Shown one piece after another: positions 25,940 to 37,952 of a stretch of DNA of 64,000 nucleotides. The notes below the pieces were generated by a model. It was not told the DNA's origin. It was given only the letters and a program-made list of their open reading frames with translations, and searched no databases. Positions within the stretch are counted from its first letter, which is position 1. The number at the start of each line of letters is the position of its first letter. Both the position numbers and the translations under genes were made by a program. The DNA comes from Octopus bimaculoides (Eukaryota), in the NCBI RefSeq assembly GCF_001194135.2, contig NC_068995.1:41149296-41213295 (forward strand). Reading direction: 5' to 3'.

Positions 25940-25978
<39 letters not shown>

Positions 25979-26433
25979 CATAATTGGCTTCTAGCAAGTT
26001 TCCATCTCACTATAAAGAGTTAGGTGAGTGGGTTCGGTAGAGATACTTGTCCAAGGTGCCATACAGTGGGACTAAACTTGAAACCAACTGGTTGAGATGT
26101 TCATCACGATTCCATTCTGGTAGAAGTTGGTTGGTTCTGTTACAACTTATTTCTTAGTCATTTGTCATGTGACACACAATGGAGAAACAAAAAAAACATC
26201 AGATTTTGTAACCTAGCTGCAGATATGAATGTGTAGATAAGAAGTTTGCTTTGCAACCATATGGTTTCTGGTTCAATCTCACTACAGGGTGGCTAGGATG
26301 TCTTCTATTATAGATCTGTGAATTTGGAAGAAAGGAACTCTGTGAAGGCTTATATATATATATATAGCCTTGATAACATTAACATTTTTGAGGATATTAA
26401 TATTAATTTTAATGATATTTTATATATATATAT

Positions 26434-26860
26434 CATCATCATCATCGTTTAACGTCCGCTTTCCATGCTAGCATGGGTTGGACGATTTGACTGAGGACTG
26501 GCAAGCCAGAAGGCTGCACCAGGCTCCATCTGATCTGGTAGAGTTTCTACAGCTGGATGCCCTTCCTAATGCCAACCACTCCGAGAGTGTAGTGGGTGCT
26601 TTTATGTGCCACCGGCACGAGGGCCAGTCAGACGGTACTGGCAACTGCCATGCTCAAAAATGTGTTTTTTACATGCCACCTGCACGGGAGCCAGTCCAGC
26701 GGCACTGGCAATGACCTCGCTCGAATGATTTTCTAACGTGCCACCAGCACAAGTGCTAGAAGGCAACGCTGGTGACGATTATGTTCAAATGGTGCTATTT
26801 ACGGGCCACTAGCACGGAAGCCAGACAGCTGCCCTGGCAATGAACATGCTCAGACAGTGC
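26434..26860 (-). mobile_element. Family C retroposon (antisense), with internal ~60-bp subrepeats
   Basis: CATCATCATCGTTTAACGTCCGCTTTCCATGCTAGCATGGGTTGG. Other copies at ~25715, 31305, 33758, 34910, 36355, 45620, 48060, 48585, 50695, 51897, 58812, 61100 and 62185. Confidence 0.88.
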
Positions 26861-28349
26861 TGTTAGTGCTCTACTGGCGCAATGTATATATATATACATA
26901 TTTGTTATATACATGTGTATATGTTAATGCAAGAGAAACAGTTGTCGACTTTATAAGGTGAGATCTGTAATAAAGATATAGCTTTTCTCTATACATATTG
27001 TTATGTATAGATATTATGTGTGTGTGTCTTTGTATTTGTCTCTTACCACTTGCCAGCTGTTGTATGTCATTGATTACTGTGGGAACCGGTCCATAGTAAA
27101 TGAAGAGACGGACATTGTTGAATAGGTATGCAACAATTGCTTGCTGGAGGTAAACCTTGGGAAAGACTGTGTCGCTGAGATGATGGCAGTTAGGGAAGTG
27201 TGGCAGACACCAGTCAATGGAACCTTGGTGAGTTGGCAGAATTATTAGCAGAATCGTTAGCAGACTTAATGACATTTCACTTGTCTTTACGTTCTGGGTT
27301 CAAATGTTGCTGAGGTCGACTTTGCTCTTCACCCTTTTGAGGTTGATGGATTAAGTACCAGTTGAGGACTGGGGTTGATGTAATCAACTTAACCCCCTCC
27401 CCCCCTTGAACTTGCTGACCTTGTGCTAGAATTTGAAACCATTATTATTTTTTTGATGAAATCTCACAGCTTATTTTGCTCGGTCTTATGGAAAGGGTCA
27501 GCTGTCCACAGCCAGCAAACTAAGGTGACACTTGTTTACTAATTATGCTTCAAGAACCCTGTGGAGAACTCTTGCAGTTCCAAGCAGCGATGATTTTTGT
27601 AGGTGTTCTATCTTTACTCTAGTACCAATCTTTTTGAACCATGTTGGTAGTTGAGTTCTGACACTTTCAAGTGTGCCAGTTGCCATTGGTATCATTTCTA
27701 ATCTCCTCATTGACAACAACCTTCGTATTTCCCACTTTCAAGTCGTCGTAATTGTTGACTTTTTCTTCTTCTTTCTCTATGATCCTGTTGTCACCAGAAC
27801 ATTATTATTATTGAGTGAGAGAGCAAGAGCAATGCATATCAACAAAGTGACACTGGGGTACAAATGCACGAAGCCCAATATACCCATCATGACGACCCGT
27901 CTGATAAGGGTGCATCAAGCACATGCATCACAACCACATGTGCATGACATGGTGATCTCGTATCAAGAGAAACTGTGCATAACTTTGCAAGTGGGTCCCA
28001 ATTAGAATTTTCTTCTGGTCAAGTTGCCCATCGTGCTCAAAAATAAGATTTGTTTAAGGATCCATGTTTCCCGGGGTGAATTATTCAAATCCCAAAGAAT
28101 TCCTCTCAACACATGGCTATGATACTCCCCCACTACTCCTGCTCATGATCAAAGATGCACATATCGTCAGCCACCAAGGGACATGCTCAACTGGTTATGG
28201 TCAAGCAACTGACAAGCAAGTCTGTGGTATTGAACAGAACATTTGCTGTAGCCCATCTTTTATACCAAGACAAAACATGTGCATGATAGCACTTCCAATC
28301 AGTTAAGATCAGAAGCCATGAGAGCCAGTGCTTGGTATTGCATCAGGGC

Positions 28350-28391
<42 letters not shown>

Positions 28392-28862
28392 GGTGGTAGA
28401 ATTGTTAGCATGCTGGATGAAATGCTTAGCTACATTCCGAGTTCAAATTCCACCGAGGTCGACTTTGCCTTTCATCCTTTTGGAGTTGATTAAATAAGTA
28501 CCAGTTACATGCTGGGGTCAATGTAATCGACTTAATCCCCTCGCCTTTTATCCTTTCGGGGGCGATGAAATAAGTACCAGGTACACAATGGGGCAACTAG
28601 CCTCCTTCCCCACCAAATTTTCAAGGCCTTGTGCCTAGACTGAAAATAATTATTATTATCATCATTATTTTTATTAAGGTGGCGAGCTAGCAGAATCACT
28701 AGCATGCCAGGTGAAATGCTTACCTGTATTTTGGCTGCCGAGGTCAACTTTGCTTGTCATCCTTTCAGGGTAGAAAAATTTAGTACCAGGTGAACACTGG
28801 GGTCAATGTAATCGACTTGTCCCCTCCCACAAAATGTCTGCCCTTGTGGTAAAATTTGAAAC

Positions 28863-28895
<33 letters not shown>
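28392..28895 (+). mobile_element. Stack of three SINE B copies or fragments separated by (ATT)n tails
   Basis: Repeated GGTGG/GGCGAG..GCAGAA heads and AAGTACCAG...GGGGTCAATGTAATCGACT bodies, ending in AAATTTGAAACC(ATT)n. Confidence 0.78.
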
Positions 28896-28915
28896 CATTG
28901 TTGTTGTTATTGCAG

Positions 28916-29039
28916 CCTTTTACAAGAATGAGTGGCCTTGACCGTGTTAGAAGAATTGTTCAAGAGGAAGGACGGACAGCCAGGAATCTTGTGCAGTACA
29001 ATTTACCACTCCAAGAGAGACCTGTCAGTGAAAGAAGCA
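28916..29039 (+). CDS. SCAPER: SCAPER exon: PFTRMSGLDRVRRIVQEEGRTARNLVQYNLPLQERPVSERS
   Basis: ttgcag| acceptor and |gtaagt donor (phase 1). Matches the vertebrate SCAPER N-terminus (DKVRRIVAEEGRTARNL). Internal ATG at 28928. Confidence 0.93.
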
Positions 29040-29623
29040 GTAAGTTTACCAATTCTTTTCCTTTTGAAGTTTTGCTTTGTGTAATTGTCCTCCTCCTCCT
29101 CATTTAATGTCTGCTTGAATGGTTTCTTAGAATCAGGAATTTATGTACAACTGAGGAAACTAAAATGAATCCTTTATGAATATATTGAGTAGAGGATGTT
29201 GGCTAATTTGGAGAAACGTTTGATTAGTGAAAATAATGGTTGAGCCTGTAAGTGGTTACTTAGCTTGCTAGAAATAATAACTAAACCTCTCTCAAGTCAG
29301 GCTCTTCTATAGCATAATCAGGAGATAAAGAACAGACATTGATAACCATTTCTAGGGTCTCCAATATTGGTGCAACTAAAACCAAGAAGGATTCAGTGGA
29401 TAATGTAGTGCTTCACAGCCCCTCCTTAAAAAGGTCTGGCCGTGGGTGGACTGCTTTTGATAATTGTTTTACTTGGTTTACTCAATCAAGATTGAACTGG
29501 GACTAGATAGCAACAGCAATCCTTGACCTGATAGATGATTTATTTAATACAGATCAATATCTTGTTGTGTTTGTGTGTGAAATCAATATTGTCCAGATTT
29601 TATCATGAGGTGGCGGTACATAT

Positions 29624-29727
29624 GTACTAACAACGGCGGTACATATTCTAAAATTGGAACGATGCTGAGATTAGCATGGCCCCTGTGTAATGATGACATG
29701 CAAATTCGTGAAGTGTTCCATATTTTT
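29624..29727 (+). pseudogene. U6: U6 snRNA retropseudogene (near full length), fused at its 3' end to a retroposon
   Basis: ACATATTCTAAAATTGGAACGAT...AGATTAGCATGGCCCCTG...GATGACATGCAAATTCGTGAAGTGTTCCATATTTTT matches canonical U6. The ACAGAGA box is destroyed (GCTGAGA plus a 3-nt deletion) and three CpGs read TpG. Match is secure from ~29635. Confidence 0.93.
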
Positions 29728-30024
29728 GTAAAGACATTCGAGCGAGATTGTTGCCAGTGCCGCTGGACTGGCTCCTGTGCAGGTGGCACATAAAATACAC
29801 CATTTTGAGCGTGGCCGTTGCCAGTACCATGTGACTGGCCCTCATGCCGGTGGCACATAAAAGCACTCACTACACTCTTGGAGTGGTTGGCCTTAGGAAG
29901 GGCATCCAACTGTAGAAACTCTGCCAAATCAGATTGGAGCCTGGTGTAGCCATCTGGTTCACCAGTCCTCAGTCAAATCGTCCAACCCATGCTAGCATGG
30001 AAAGCGGACGTTAAACGATGATGA
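29728..30024 (+). mobile_element. 5'-truncated family C retroposon joined directly to U6
   Basis: Sense copy ending GCGGACGTTAAACGATGATGAT; begins immediately after the U6 TTTTT. Confidence 0.92.
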
Positions 30025-30935
30025 TCTAATACTTTTATCATAATGTTATTACTAAGAATAATGACAACGGACCGAGATTCTGGTGATATGAAGTTCTTAA
30101 GAAAACCTTTCCACGTCAGTGAAACCGAGATCCAGAAACGCTGTGTGTTCCACCTATATGTAACAAGAAAACTTATCATACACCCTACCCCAACAAACCA
30201 AACTACATCTCTTTGACGAACTATACTTATCTCTCACACTCCAGTTTTGTCCTCTCGGCCCTGTCCACTGCATCATTGCTATCCAGTAGCCCACCCCCAA
30301 CTATATACCCAGGTTTTCACCACTCACCACATTCCCCTCCCCCACTCTCTACTCATGCTTCTTTGGCAATCCCCTGCCACTTAGATTATGACCTCCATAC
30401 CTCAAGGGTATTCCCTGGCATTTCCACCATCTATCTATCTATCTATCTATCCCTTCTTTTACTCAACCATCCCATCTATATTCTGATCCCCCATCCCTTG
30501 TGAGTATGCCTGGCATTTTGCCACCATCTTTCTCCTGCTCTCTCTTGCACTCCTGCTGTCTTCCACTCTCTCTCTCTCTCCTTCTCTTGCTCTTCCTTCA
30601 TGTTGGATAACCATGTATCCCCCCCTTACAGCAGCACACCTGTTTTTGTCCTCATTTTTCTCTCTCTCTCTGGTTGGGTAACCATGTGCCTCCCCTACAG
30701 CAAGACACCTGTTTCTGATTCTTTGACTCACTATAACCATTCACCATCTGACACAGGACCCCCCCCTCCATTGCCCCCTTCTTTCTCATCTCAAAGATTC
30801 CTTGTTTTGCAAGTTACTTGGTGGTCCTGCCAGTGCTGGTGCCATGTTAAAGAGACCGATAGAATAAGTACTAGGCTTACAAAGAAGAAGTCCTATCCAC
30901 AGTCAAAAAACTGAAACAAGTAAAAGAGTAAAGAG

Positions 30936-31248
30936 ACATGCTGGACTGTGCAAACCTCAACCCTGACTTTATGAAGATCTTCATCACTTGTGATGAGACA
31001 TGGGTTTATGGTCTCTGCGTGATGTGTTTGGTCATCTTGCATGGAAATGAAAATCTGACGAGTGAGTAAGTACTACATGTCTGTACTCTAGGTGTAACAG
31101 CTGGGAACTGATGCAGCCTACTGGTGCAAAAATGTTCATGCATGCACAGGAAGGGTGTCATCGCCTCCCACCCAAAGCATTTTGCTGACACGACATTAGT
31201 TTTGGAAGAAAAAAGTAAAGTTAGATACTTTTTGAATGCACCTCATAT
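30936..31248 (+). mobile_element. Internally deleted mariner element
   Basis: MLDCANLNPDFMKIFITCDETWVYG is the first catalytic D motif (I.TGDETWVY). The end ATACTTTTTGAATGCACCTCATA+TA resembles a mariner 3' TIR followed by TA. Confidence 0.78.
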
Positions 31249-31861
31249 ACATACTCACAAGTGTATAAAATAGTGGAAAAATATATACCAAAGATATTTC
31301 ATCATCATCATCGTTTAATGTGCACTTTCCATGCTGGCATGGGTTGGATAGTATGACTGAGGGCTGGCAAGCCAGGAGGCTGCACGAGGTTCCAATCTGA
31401 TCTGGCAAGGTTTCTACAGCTAGATGCCTTTCCTAGCGACAACCACTCCGAGAGTATGGTGGGTGTTTTTTACATGCCACCAGCATGGGGGTCAGTCAGG
31501 CGGCACTGGCATTGACCACGCTCGAATGGTGCTTTTTACGTGCCACCAGCACAGGTGCCAGTCAGGCGGCACTGGCATCGGCCATGACTACGATTTCACT
31601 ATAAGATAATATTTTCTGGAAACTGTGAAGACTTCACAAACTCAGAGCTTCTTGTAACTAATCAACAAACAGTTGTTAGTATTTAGATCAATGCAATAGT
31701 TTATAACTGTTCCTAATTACCAAGTCAGTGAATAAACATTTAAAGCTACCATTTCTAGCCGGTGGAATAACTACATAGAGGCTTCTTTGTTGGTTTGAGT
31801 TGCCATCTTGTTGATGATAGGGATGTCGAGAATTATATTTTTGTCCCTTTGTGTTTCCCAG

Positions 31862-32124
31862 GCAGAGCAGTGACACGACAATGGAGAATGAGTTCCAAGC
31901 TGCGGTCTGTGTCGGTTTCAGCCAAAGACAAGATGATGTGTGGCAGTGGTATTTCCACCCTCAAGTGCTTCCAGGATTTAACTAAGTCACCAAAATCTGA
32001 CAGTAGTACCAAGAGAGCTGATGTGAGGGCCCGCTATTGGGCATTTCTATTTGACAATCTTCAGCGTGCTGTCGACGCTATTTATGAAACTTGTGAACAA
32101 GATGAAAGTGTTGTTGAATGCAAG
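31862..32124 (+). CDS. SCAPER: SCAPER exon: ...RADVRARYWAFLFDNLQRAVDAIYETCEQDESVVECK
   Basis: tttcccag| acceptor (phase 1 matches) and |gtaagt donor (phase 0). Hallmark SCAPER N-terminal motif RARYWAFLFDNL.RAVD.IY.TCE.D.SVVECK. Confidence 0.97.
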
Positions 32125-33244
32125 GTAAGTTATATAATTCTTCTGTCTCCTGTCCGCTTTGTTTGGCAGTGGCTGAGATGACTGGCAAAATAATTTTTAA
32201 AATGTCACATTCTTTGCTGATGTGATCAGATTAAAATTAAAACATGCAAATTTTTGTTTCCCATATATGCCAAAGACATTTAATATACTTTGTAGTATGT
32301 TATGATAGCATAATGAAATACGGTGTTTCTACAAGTCATTAATATGTATGTACCAACTAACAGGAATGTGTTTAATATGTAAAATTAGTATATCCAATAA
32401 CGTAACTGTGCTATTGTGGATGGTTAATAGGTTGAATGGGTGTTGATGAAGGAGCAAAACTCCTGGAATATGGCATATACACCCATTATCCATCTTTCAT
32501 CTTCACTTGCACTGTTGTTTATATTAGACATACAAAATCAGTGCTAATCCATTGTTGATTCTCTATTAATTTAGATTTACTGAATCATAAGAGCATCACA
32601 TGAAATGGCTTGCTGTATTATTCTGGCTCTTTGCATTCTGAGTTCAAACCTTATTGAGGTCAATTTTTTGTTTAACATTTTGGAGTTGATAAAGTAAAGT
32701 ACTAGTCAAGTATTCAGGTCATGTGATGATGTGAGAAACAATTATTGTGGGTGGTGGATTGGCAGAATTGTTAGAGCACTGGTAAAAATGCCTTGGGTTT
32801 GGCTCCCTATGTTCTGAGTTCAAATTCTGTCAACCCTGTTTTGCCTTTCCTCATTCTTTTGGTGAGTGGACTGGTGAAGGTGGGGTGTCCTTGAAGTACC
32901 AGTTGAACACTGGAGTCGATGTGATAAATAAGCCCCTCCCTCCAAATTTCAGGCCTTGTGCCTATAGTAGAAAGAATTCTTATTATTATTAAGCTAGTAT
33001 GCTGGTAGACTTATTTGAATGTTGGACAAAATGCTTTGCAGTATTTCTTTCTATTTCTGCATTCTGAATTCAAACCCTGCCATTGTCAACTTGGCCTTTC
33101 ATCCTTACAAGTTTGATAAAATAAAATAGCAGTTGCGCCCTGAGGTCAATACAGTCGACAATCCCCTGCCCAAAACTGTTGGCCTAGTTCAAAAATTTGA
33201 AACCATTGATATTATCATTTTTATTATTTTCTCTATTTTTCCAG

Positions 33245-33348
33245 GAAGTGATCATGATGTTGGAGCAGAGCACCAAAGATTTTAACTGTTTGATAAAAAG
33301 ACTGCAGTTATTACGAGATTTTGATAATGCTGCCAAAGATGGTGACCG
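33245..33348 (+). CDS. SCAPER: SCAPER exon: EVIMMLEQSTKDFNCLIKRLQLLRDFDNAAKDGD(R)
   Basis: ttttccag| acceptor and |gttagt donor (phase 2). Continues VVECK-EV.MML as in vertebrate SCAPER. Confidence 0.93.
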
Positions 33349-33391
33349 GTTAGTGTAACATATGCATACATATATGTCTGTGTGTGTGTGT

Positions 33392-33422
<31 letters not shown>

Positions 33423-33725
33423 GTTTGTGTGTTGTAGCCCATGCTATCATGGAAAGCGGACGTTAAACAACAATGATGATGATGATATATATATATATAT
33501 GTTTGTGTTTTTATATATATATATATGTATTATATGCACACGCACATATACATATAAGTACTAGTATCTATCTGTATCTATCTGTCTATCTATCTGTCTA
33601 TCTGTATCTATCTGTCTATCTATCTGTCTATCTGTATCTATCTGTCTATCTATCTGTCTATCTATCTATCTATCTATCTGTCTATCTATCTGTCTATCTA
33701 TCTATCTNNNNNNNNNNNNNNNNNN

Positions 33726-33760
<35 letters not shown>

Positions 33761-33971
33761 TCATCATCATCATCATTTAACATGCATGTTCCATATTGGC
33801 ATGGGTTGGACAGTTTGACATGGAGTTTGCTAACTGGAACTATCCAGACTCCAGCTGTCTGTTGGGGCATGGTTTCTATGGTGGATGCCCTTCCTCATGC
33901 CAGGAAAGTTTGCACTTATGGACATTGAACTTATCTCTTTTGATAGAAAAGAAAAACCACCAAACCCTTAA

Positions 33972-34527
33972 CCCTTTAGCATTTAAACTGGCCCAAATAT
34001 TCTGTTTTATGTTCAAACTGGCCAGATCCAGCACCTCATACATACCTTACAATGTCATTCTAAAAATAATCACATCTTGAAAATCTTGAAGCTACAAGGT
34101 AGTACATGATTAATTTTAAAAAATGTTAATAAATAGGTGCAGGCATGGCTGTGTGGTCAGAAGCTTGCGTGGCACCTTGGGCAAGTGTCTTCTAGTATAG
34201 ACTAGGGCCAACCAAAGCCTTGTCAATGGATTTGGTAGACGGAAACTGAATGAAGCTTGTCATGTATATATTTATATATATATATATATTTATGTGTGTG
34301 TGTGTCTTTGTATCTGTGTTTGTCCCCACCACCATTGCTTGACATTGTAACTTAGCAGTTCGGAAAAGAGATTTATAGAATAAGTACTGGGCTTACAAAG
34401 AATAAGTCCTAGGGCCAATTTCTTTGACTAAAAAAACCCCTTCAAGCATGGCTGCAGTCAAATGACTAAAGTAAGTAAAAGAATAAATAAGGATTACATT
34501 TGATAAATTAATCTGAATGCTAAAGGG
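33972..34527. mobile_element. piggyBac-like MITE (TTAA target) with a nested SINE D
   Basis: ttaa|CCCTTTAGCATT...AATGCTAAAGGG|tcaa. The SINE D at ~34136-34481 has TSD AATAAATA (34128-34135 and 34482-34489). Confidence 0.82.
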
Positions 34528-34702
34528 TCAATGCAGTTGCAGTTTTTCTAGGATGATGTCCCTACCTGCAACCAAATTGTAACAGCTTAATTAATAAATT
34601 TAATGAGAATTTATTCAATTGATTTACTCTTTTTAAAAAATTTTTTTTTACCTGTTTTGTGTCTCATATTAATTTTTGTTGCTTATTTTTTCAAATTTCT
34701 AG

Positions 34703-34846
34703 TCCTATTTCAATTGCTTGGGAAGTAAGAAAAATGTCACCTGGTAAAACCACATCTCACAGTCCGATACAAGATTGTTGTTCTCCGACATCTGCCCAGC
34801 GGGTTCTCAACTTTGGCACATCAAATGCCACAATTCAACCTTTGGA
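34703..34846 (+). CDS. SCAPER: SCAPER exon: (R)PISIAWEVRKMSPGK...AQRVLNFG...
   Basis: tttctag| acceptor and |gtgagt donor, phases 2/2. Matches RPTSLAWEVKKMSPG and RRSLNFG. Confidence 0.95.
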
Positions 34847-35439
34847 GTGAGTATTTTGTAACAAAGTAAAATTCAGTTTGAATGTTATATTCTTGACATA
34901 ACATCACCGTCATTCTTTAATATCTGTTTTCCATGCTGGTATGGGCTGGATGGTTTGACAGGACAAGAACTGGTCAGTCAGAGAACTGTCCAGACTCTAG
35001 TTGTCTGTTTTGGCACAGTTTCTTTGACTGGATGCCCCTCCTAATGCCAGCCGTTTTACAGAGTGTGCTGGGAATTTTTTGTTTCACCAGCACGGGAGCA
35101 TTGACATAGCACCAGCAGAAGTGCATCTCATGTGGCATCAATGTGAGTGCATTCTACGTGGCATCAATGTGAGTGCATTCTATGTGGCACCAGCAACTGC
35201 AAAACAAAAACCTCTCAGCCGGGAGAGGGATTTGGGGGGGGGGCATGGCCATAAAGAACATAATTGTATGTATGCATTGTAACAATTATCATTTTCCACA
35301 TTACTAACTTCATCTGTGGAATTGGCAGTTATATCTTCAGCATCATCATCATCATCATTTTAATGTCCATTTACCCATGTTTGCATAGGTCAGATGAAAT
35401 TCTTTAAGGCAGTTTTTTTCTACAGTTTTGGGTTATAAT

Positions 35440-35472
<33 letters not shown>

Positions 35473-35730
35473 CTCACTTTTGGTGAGTGGGTAAGTTAAT
35501 TACAACAACCACAGTGCTCACCTGGTAGTTACTCAACTGGTAATCAAGCCCAAAAGGATGAAAGGCAAAGTCGACCTTGGTGGAATTTGAACTCGGAACA
35601 TAAGGATGAAATGCCACTAAGCACTCTGCCAGCTTACCAACTCAGAATTTGAATGCAGAACGTAAAGATGGATGACATGTGACTAAGCATTTTGTCCAGT
35701 GTCCTAATTATTTTGCCAGCATGCTACCTT

Positions 35731-35767
<37 letters not shown>

Positions 35768-35814
35768 TATTCATAAAAACTTTAGTAAATGTGCTCTTGA
35801 TTCTGTTGATAAAG

Positions 35815-35951
35815 GTCTCCTGTGAAATCACCCCTGGGCAACAGCTGGGCAGACCGAGTGAAGGGTATAACATCTGGACACAGTCCAGCTGTGAATAACA
35901 GTGTCACCTCAAGTGTTGCCCCCAATGAGGAGTTGAACCAAGAGAACGATG
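35815..35951 (+). CDS. SCAPER: SCAPER exon: SPVKSPLGNSWADRVKG...NEELNQEND
   Basis: AAG| acceptor forced by in-frame TGA TAA just upstream; |gtaagt donor (phase 1). Contains the SWAD.VK motif. Confidence 0.88.
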
Positions 35952-36313
35952 GTAAGTCATGTTAAAATCAAAATTGACTGTTCTGTTTTCCGTTGTTGGA
36001 ATTTTAAAAAATGTCTTTTCACTTTTCAAGTGTCAGGTGGTGGTGTAATACTGGGGGGTGAACAGGTGTGAATCTAAAAGGTTTTTCAGTTGAACCAGAT
36101 TCAGTCATTAGGTCAAACTGAGGCAATACTTAGCCAAGATACTGTGCACTTGAATGTTACCTGGAAACCTGAAATTGCAAATTAAACACTTAAAAACCAC
36201 TTGGTCATGTTTAATTCTTTTTACCTTTTTGTTTTTTGCCAAAATGGCAGTCATTGCTGTCTGACTCTCTCACCTACTGTTGTTCATTTAATTGACGAAT
36301 ACCACAAATAGTA

Positions 36314-36344
<31 letters not shown>

Positions 36345-36804
36345 ACATAATTGGGCATCATCATTTAACGTCTGCTTTCCGTGCTGGCATGGGTTAGACA
36401 GTTTGACTGGAACCGGTAAGCCAGAGAGCTGCACCAGGTTCCAGTTTGATTTTGACTTGGTTTCTACTGCTGGATGCCCTTCCTAATGCCAACAACTCCA
36501 AGAGTGTGATGGGTGCCTTTTACGCATCGCCGTCACAGGACACTTGTCTATATACATATATGCAGTTTTGTGCATGTGTGTGTGTGTGTGCACATGCATA
36601 TTTAACTATGTTTATGTATTCTTGAGTATGTGTATGTTTGTGTAGCTCCTTGTGCATTCATGCTTATACACATGTGTATGCATGCTGGGAGGTGTGTGTC
36701 TGTACTGTAACTACAAGAAACTTAAGGCACATTACATTGCAAGTGAAGTGCTATGCCTAATGACGAAAGTAAGTCATTTAAATCCTGGCTCAGCTTGTCT
36801 AATG

Positions 36805-36965
36805 CAGTGGTTCACAGCTGGAGTCCATATGATCCTTGGGGGTCTATATAAGATTCTTTTTGGTCCATACAAGCAAAAATAGTAAATTGGAGGTCTGCAA
36901 GTAGTGTTTTAGGGTCCATGAAAGAATTTTTGCTTTAGATGTATTTATATTGCAAGAAACAACTA
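36805..36965. mobile_element. hAT-like MITE fragment, same family as 46641 and 59192
   Basis: CAGTGGTTCACAGCTGGAGTCCAT...CCTTGGGGGTCTATATAAGATT; right end not seen. Confidence 0.55.
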
Positions 36966-37952
36966 GGTTTTTTCTGACATTTTACATAGTTCCTGAAGAT
37001 GTGTAAAGAAATTTTGATTTATTAAGTCTCTTAATGAATTCTTTATACTGAAATATATATTGAAGAAGATAAATATGTTCATTTGAATATATACGTTTTT
37101 GCGTCGTAACTCCTTTATTATTATTAATATAACCAAAAGGATCGATTCTTGAAGAGTCTGCATACCTTCACTGTCGTTTCTTTCTGCTATTTTGGTGATG
37201 ATTTTTTGAGTTAGCTTACCAATCATTTTTGTTGGTAGTTNNNNNNNNNNNNNNNNNNNNNNNNNNNNNNNNNNNNNNNNNNNNNNNNGGTATGTGAAAG
37301 CACGTGGTTGGATGTATAAAAGATAATAAGAGTGAAAAAACTACAGAAGGCTTGTGTTACATGGTTAAAGTATATATTTAAATTATGTCAGAAAAATGTT
37401 AGAAAAATGTCATAAAATCTTTTTGGTATATAAACATTGTATTTTGAGAAATAACCGGTTTCGTGTTGTCTTTTCAAATTTCTCTACTTCATTGTGTCGT
37501 GTTCACTCCAGTTATATAAATATAAATATATAACTATTCCCAGTGGCTTTTTGAAACTGGCACCACCAAGAAGAAACAGTATCATTGACAACAGCATGAA
37601 ACTGTTATGATCTCTTGGACATTGACTGATGAGGAATTGGTTACAAATTTTCTGTTTGTTATGGTTTTGTGAAATTCTCTGTTATGTTTTTGTTTAATTT
37701 TTCTGTTTTTATTAAATCTTCGAAACACAAATACACATGTTGACAACTTTCTCCATCTTGTTAGAGTAACACCCAATTTTTTCTGCTGTTTTAATGGTGA
37801 TACTACGTTGAAAAGATATCACTTTCTTGTCTGTATCATACAATACATATTTCAATGCTTCTAGAAAAAAACAACATATTTGTTTGTGTCCATTTATATA
37901 CACACATGGTTGTTATGTACGTTATATATTTTTTAATTTTTTATTTTTCTAG

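Noticed and set aside
29624-29727. Functional U6 gene
   Set aside because: The ACAGAGA box is destroyed, CpGs have decayed, and no upstream promoter element was recognised.
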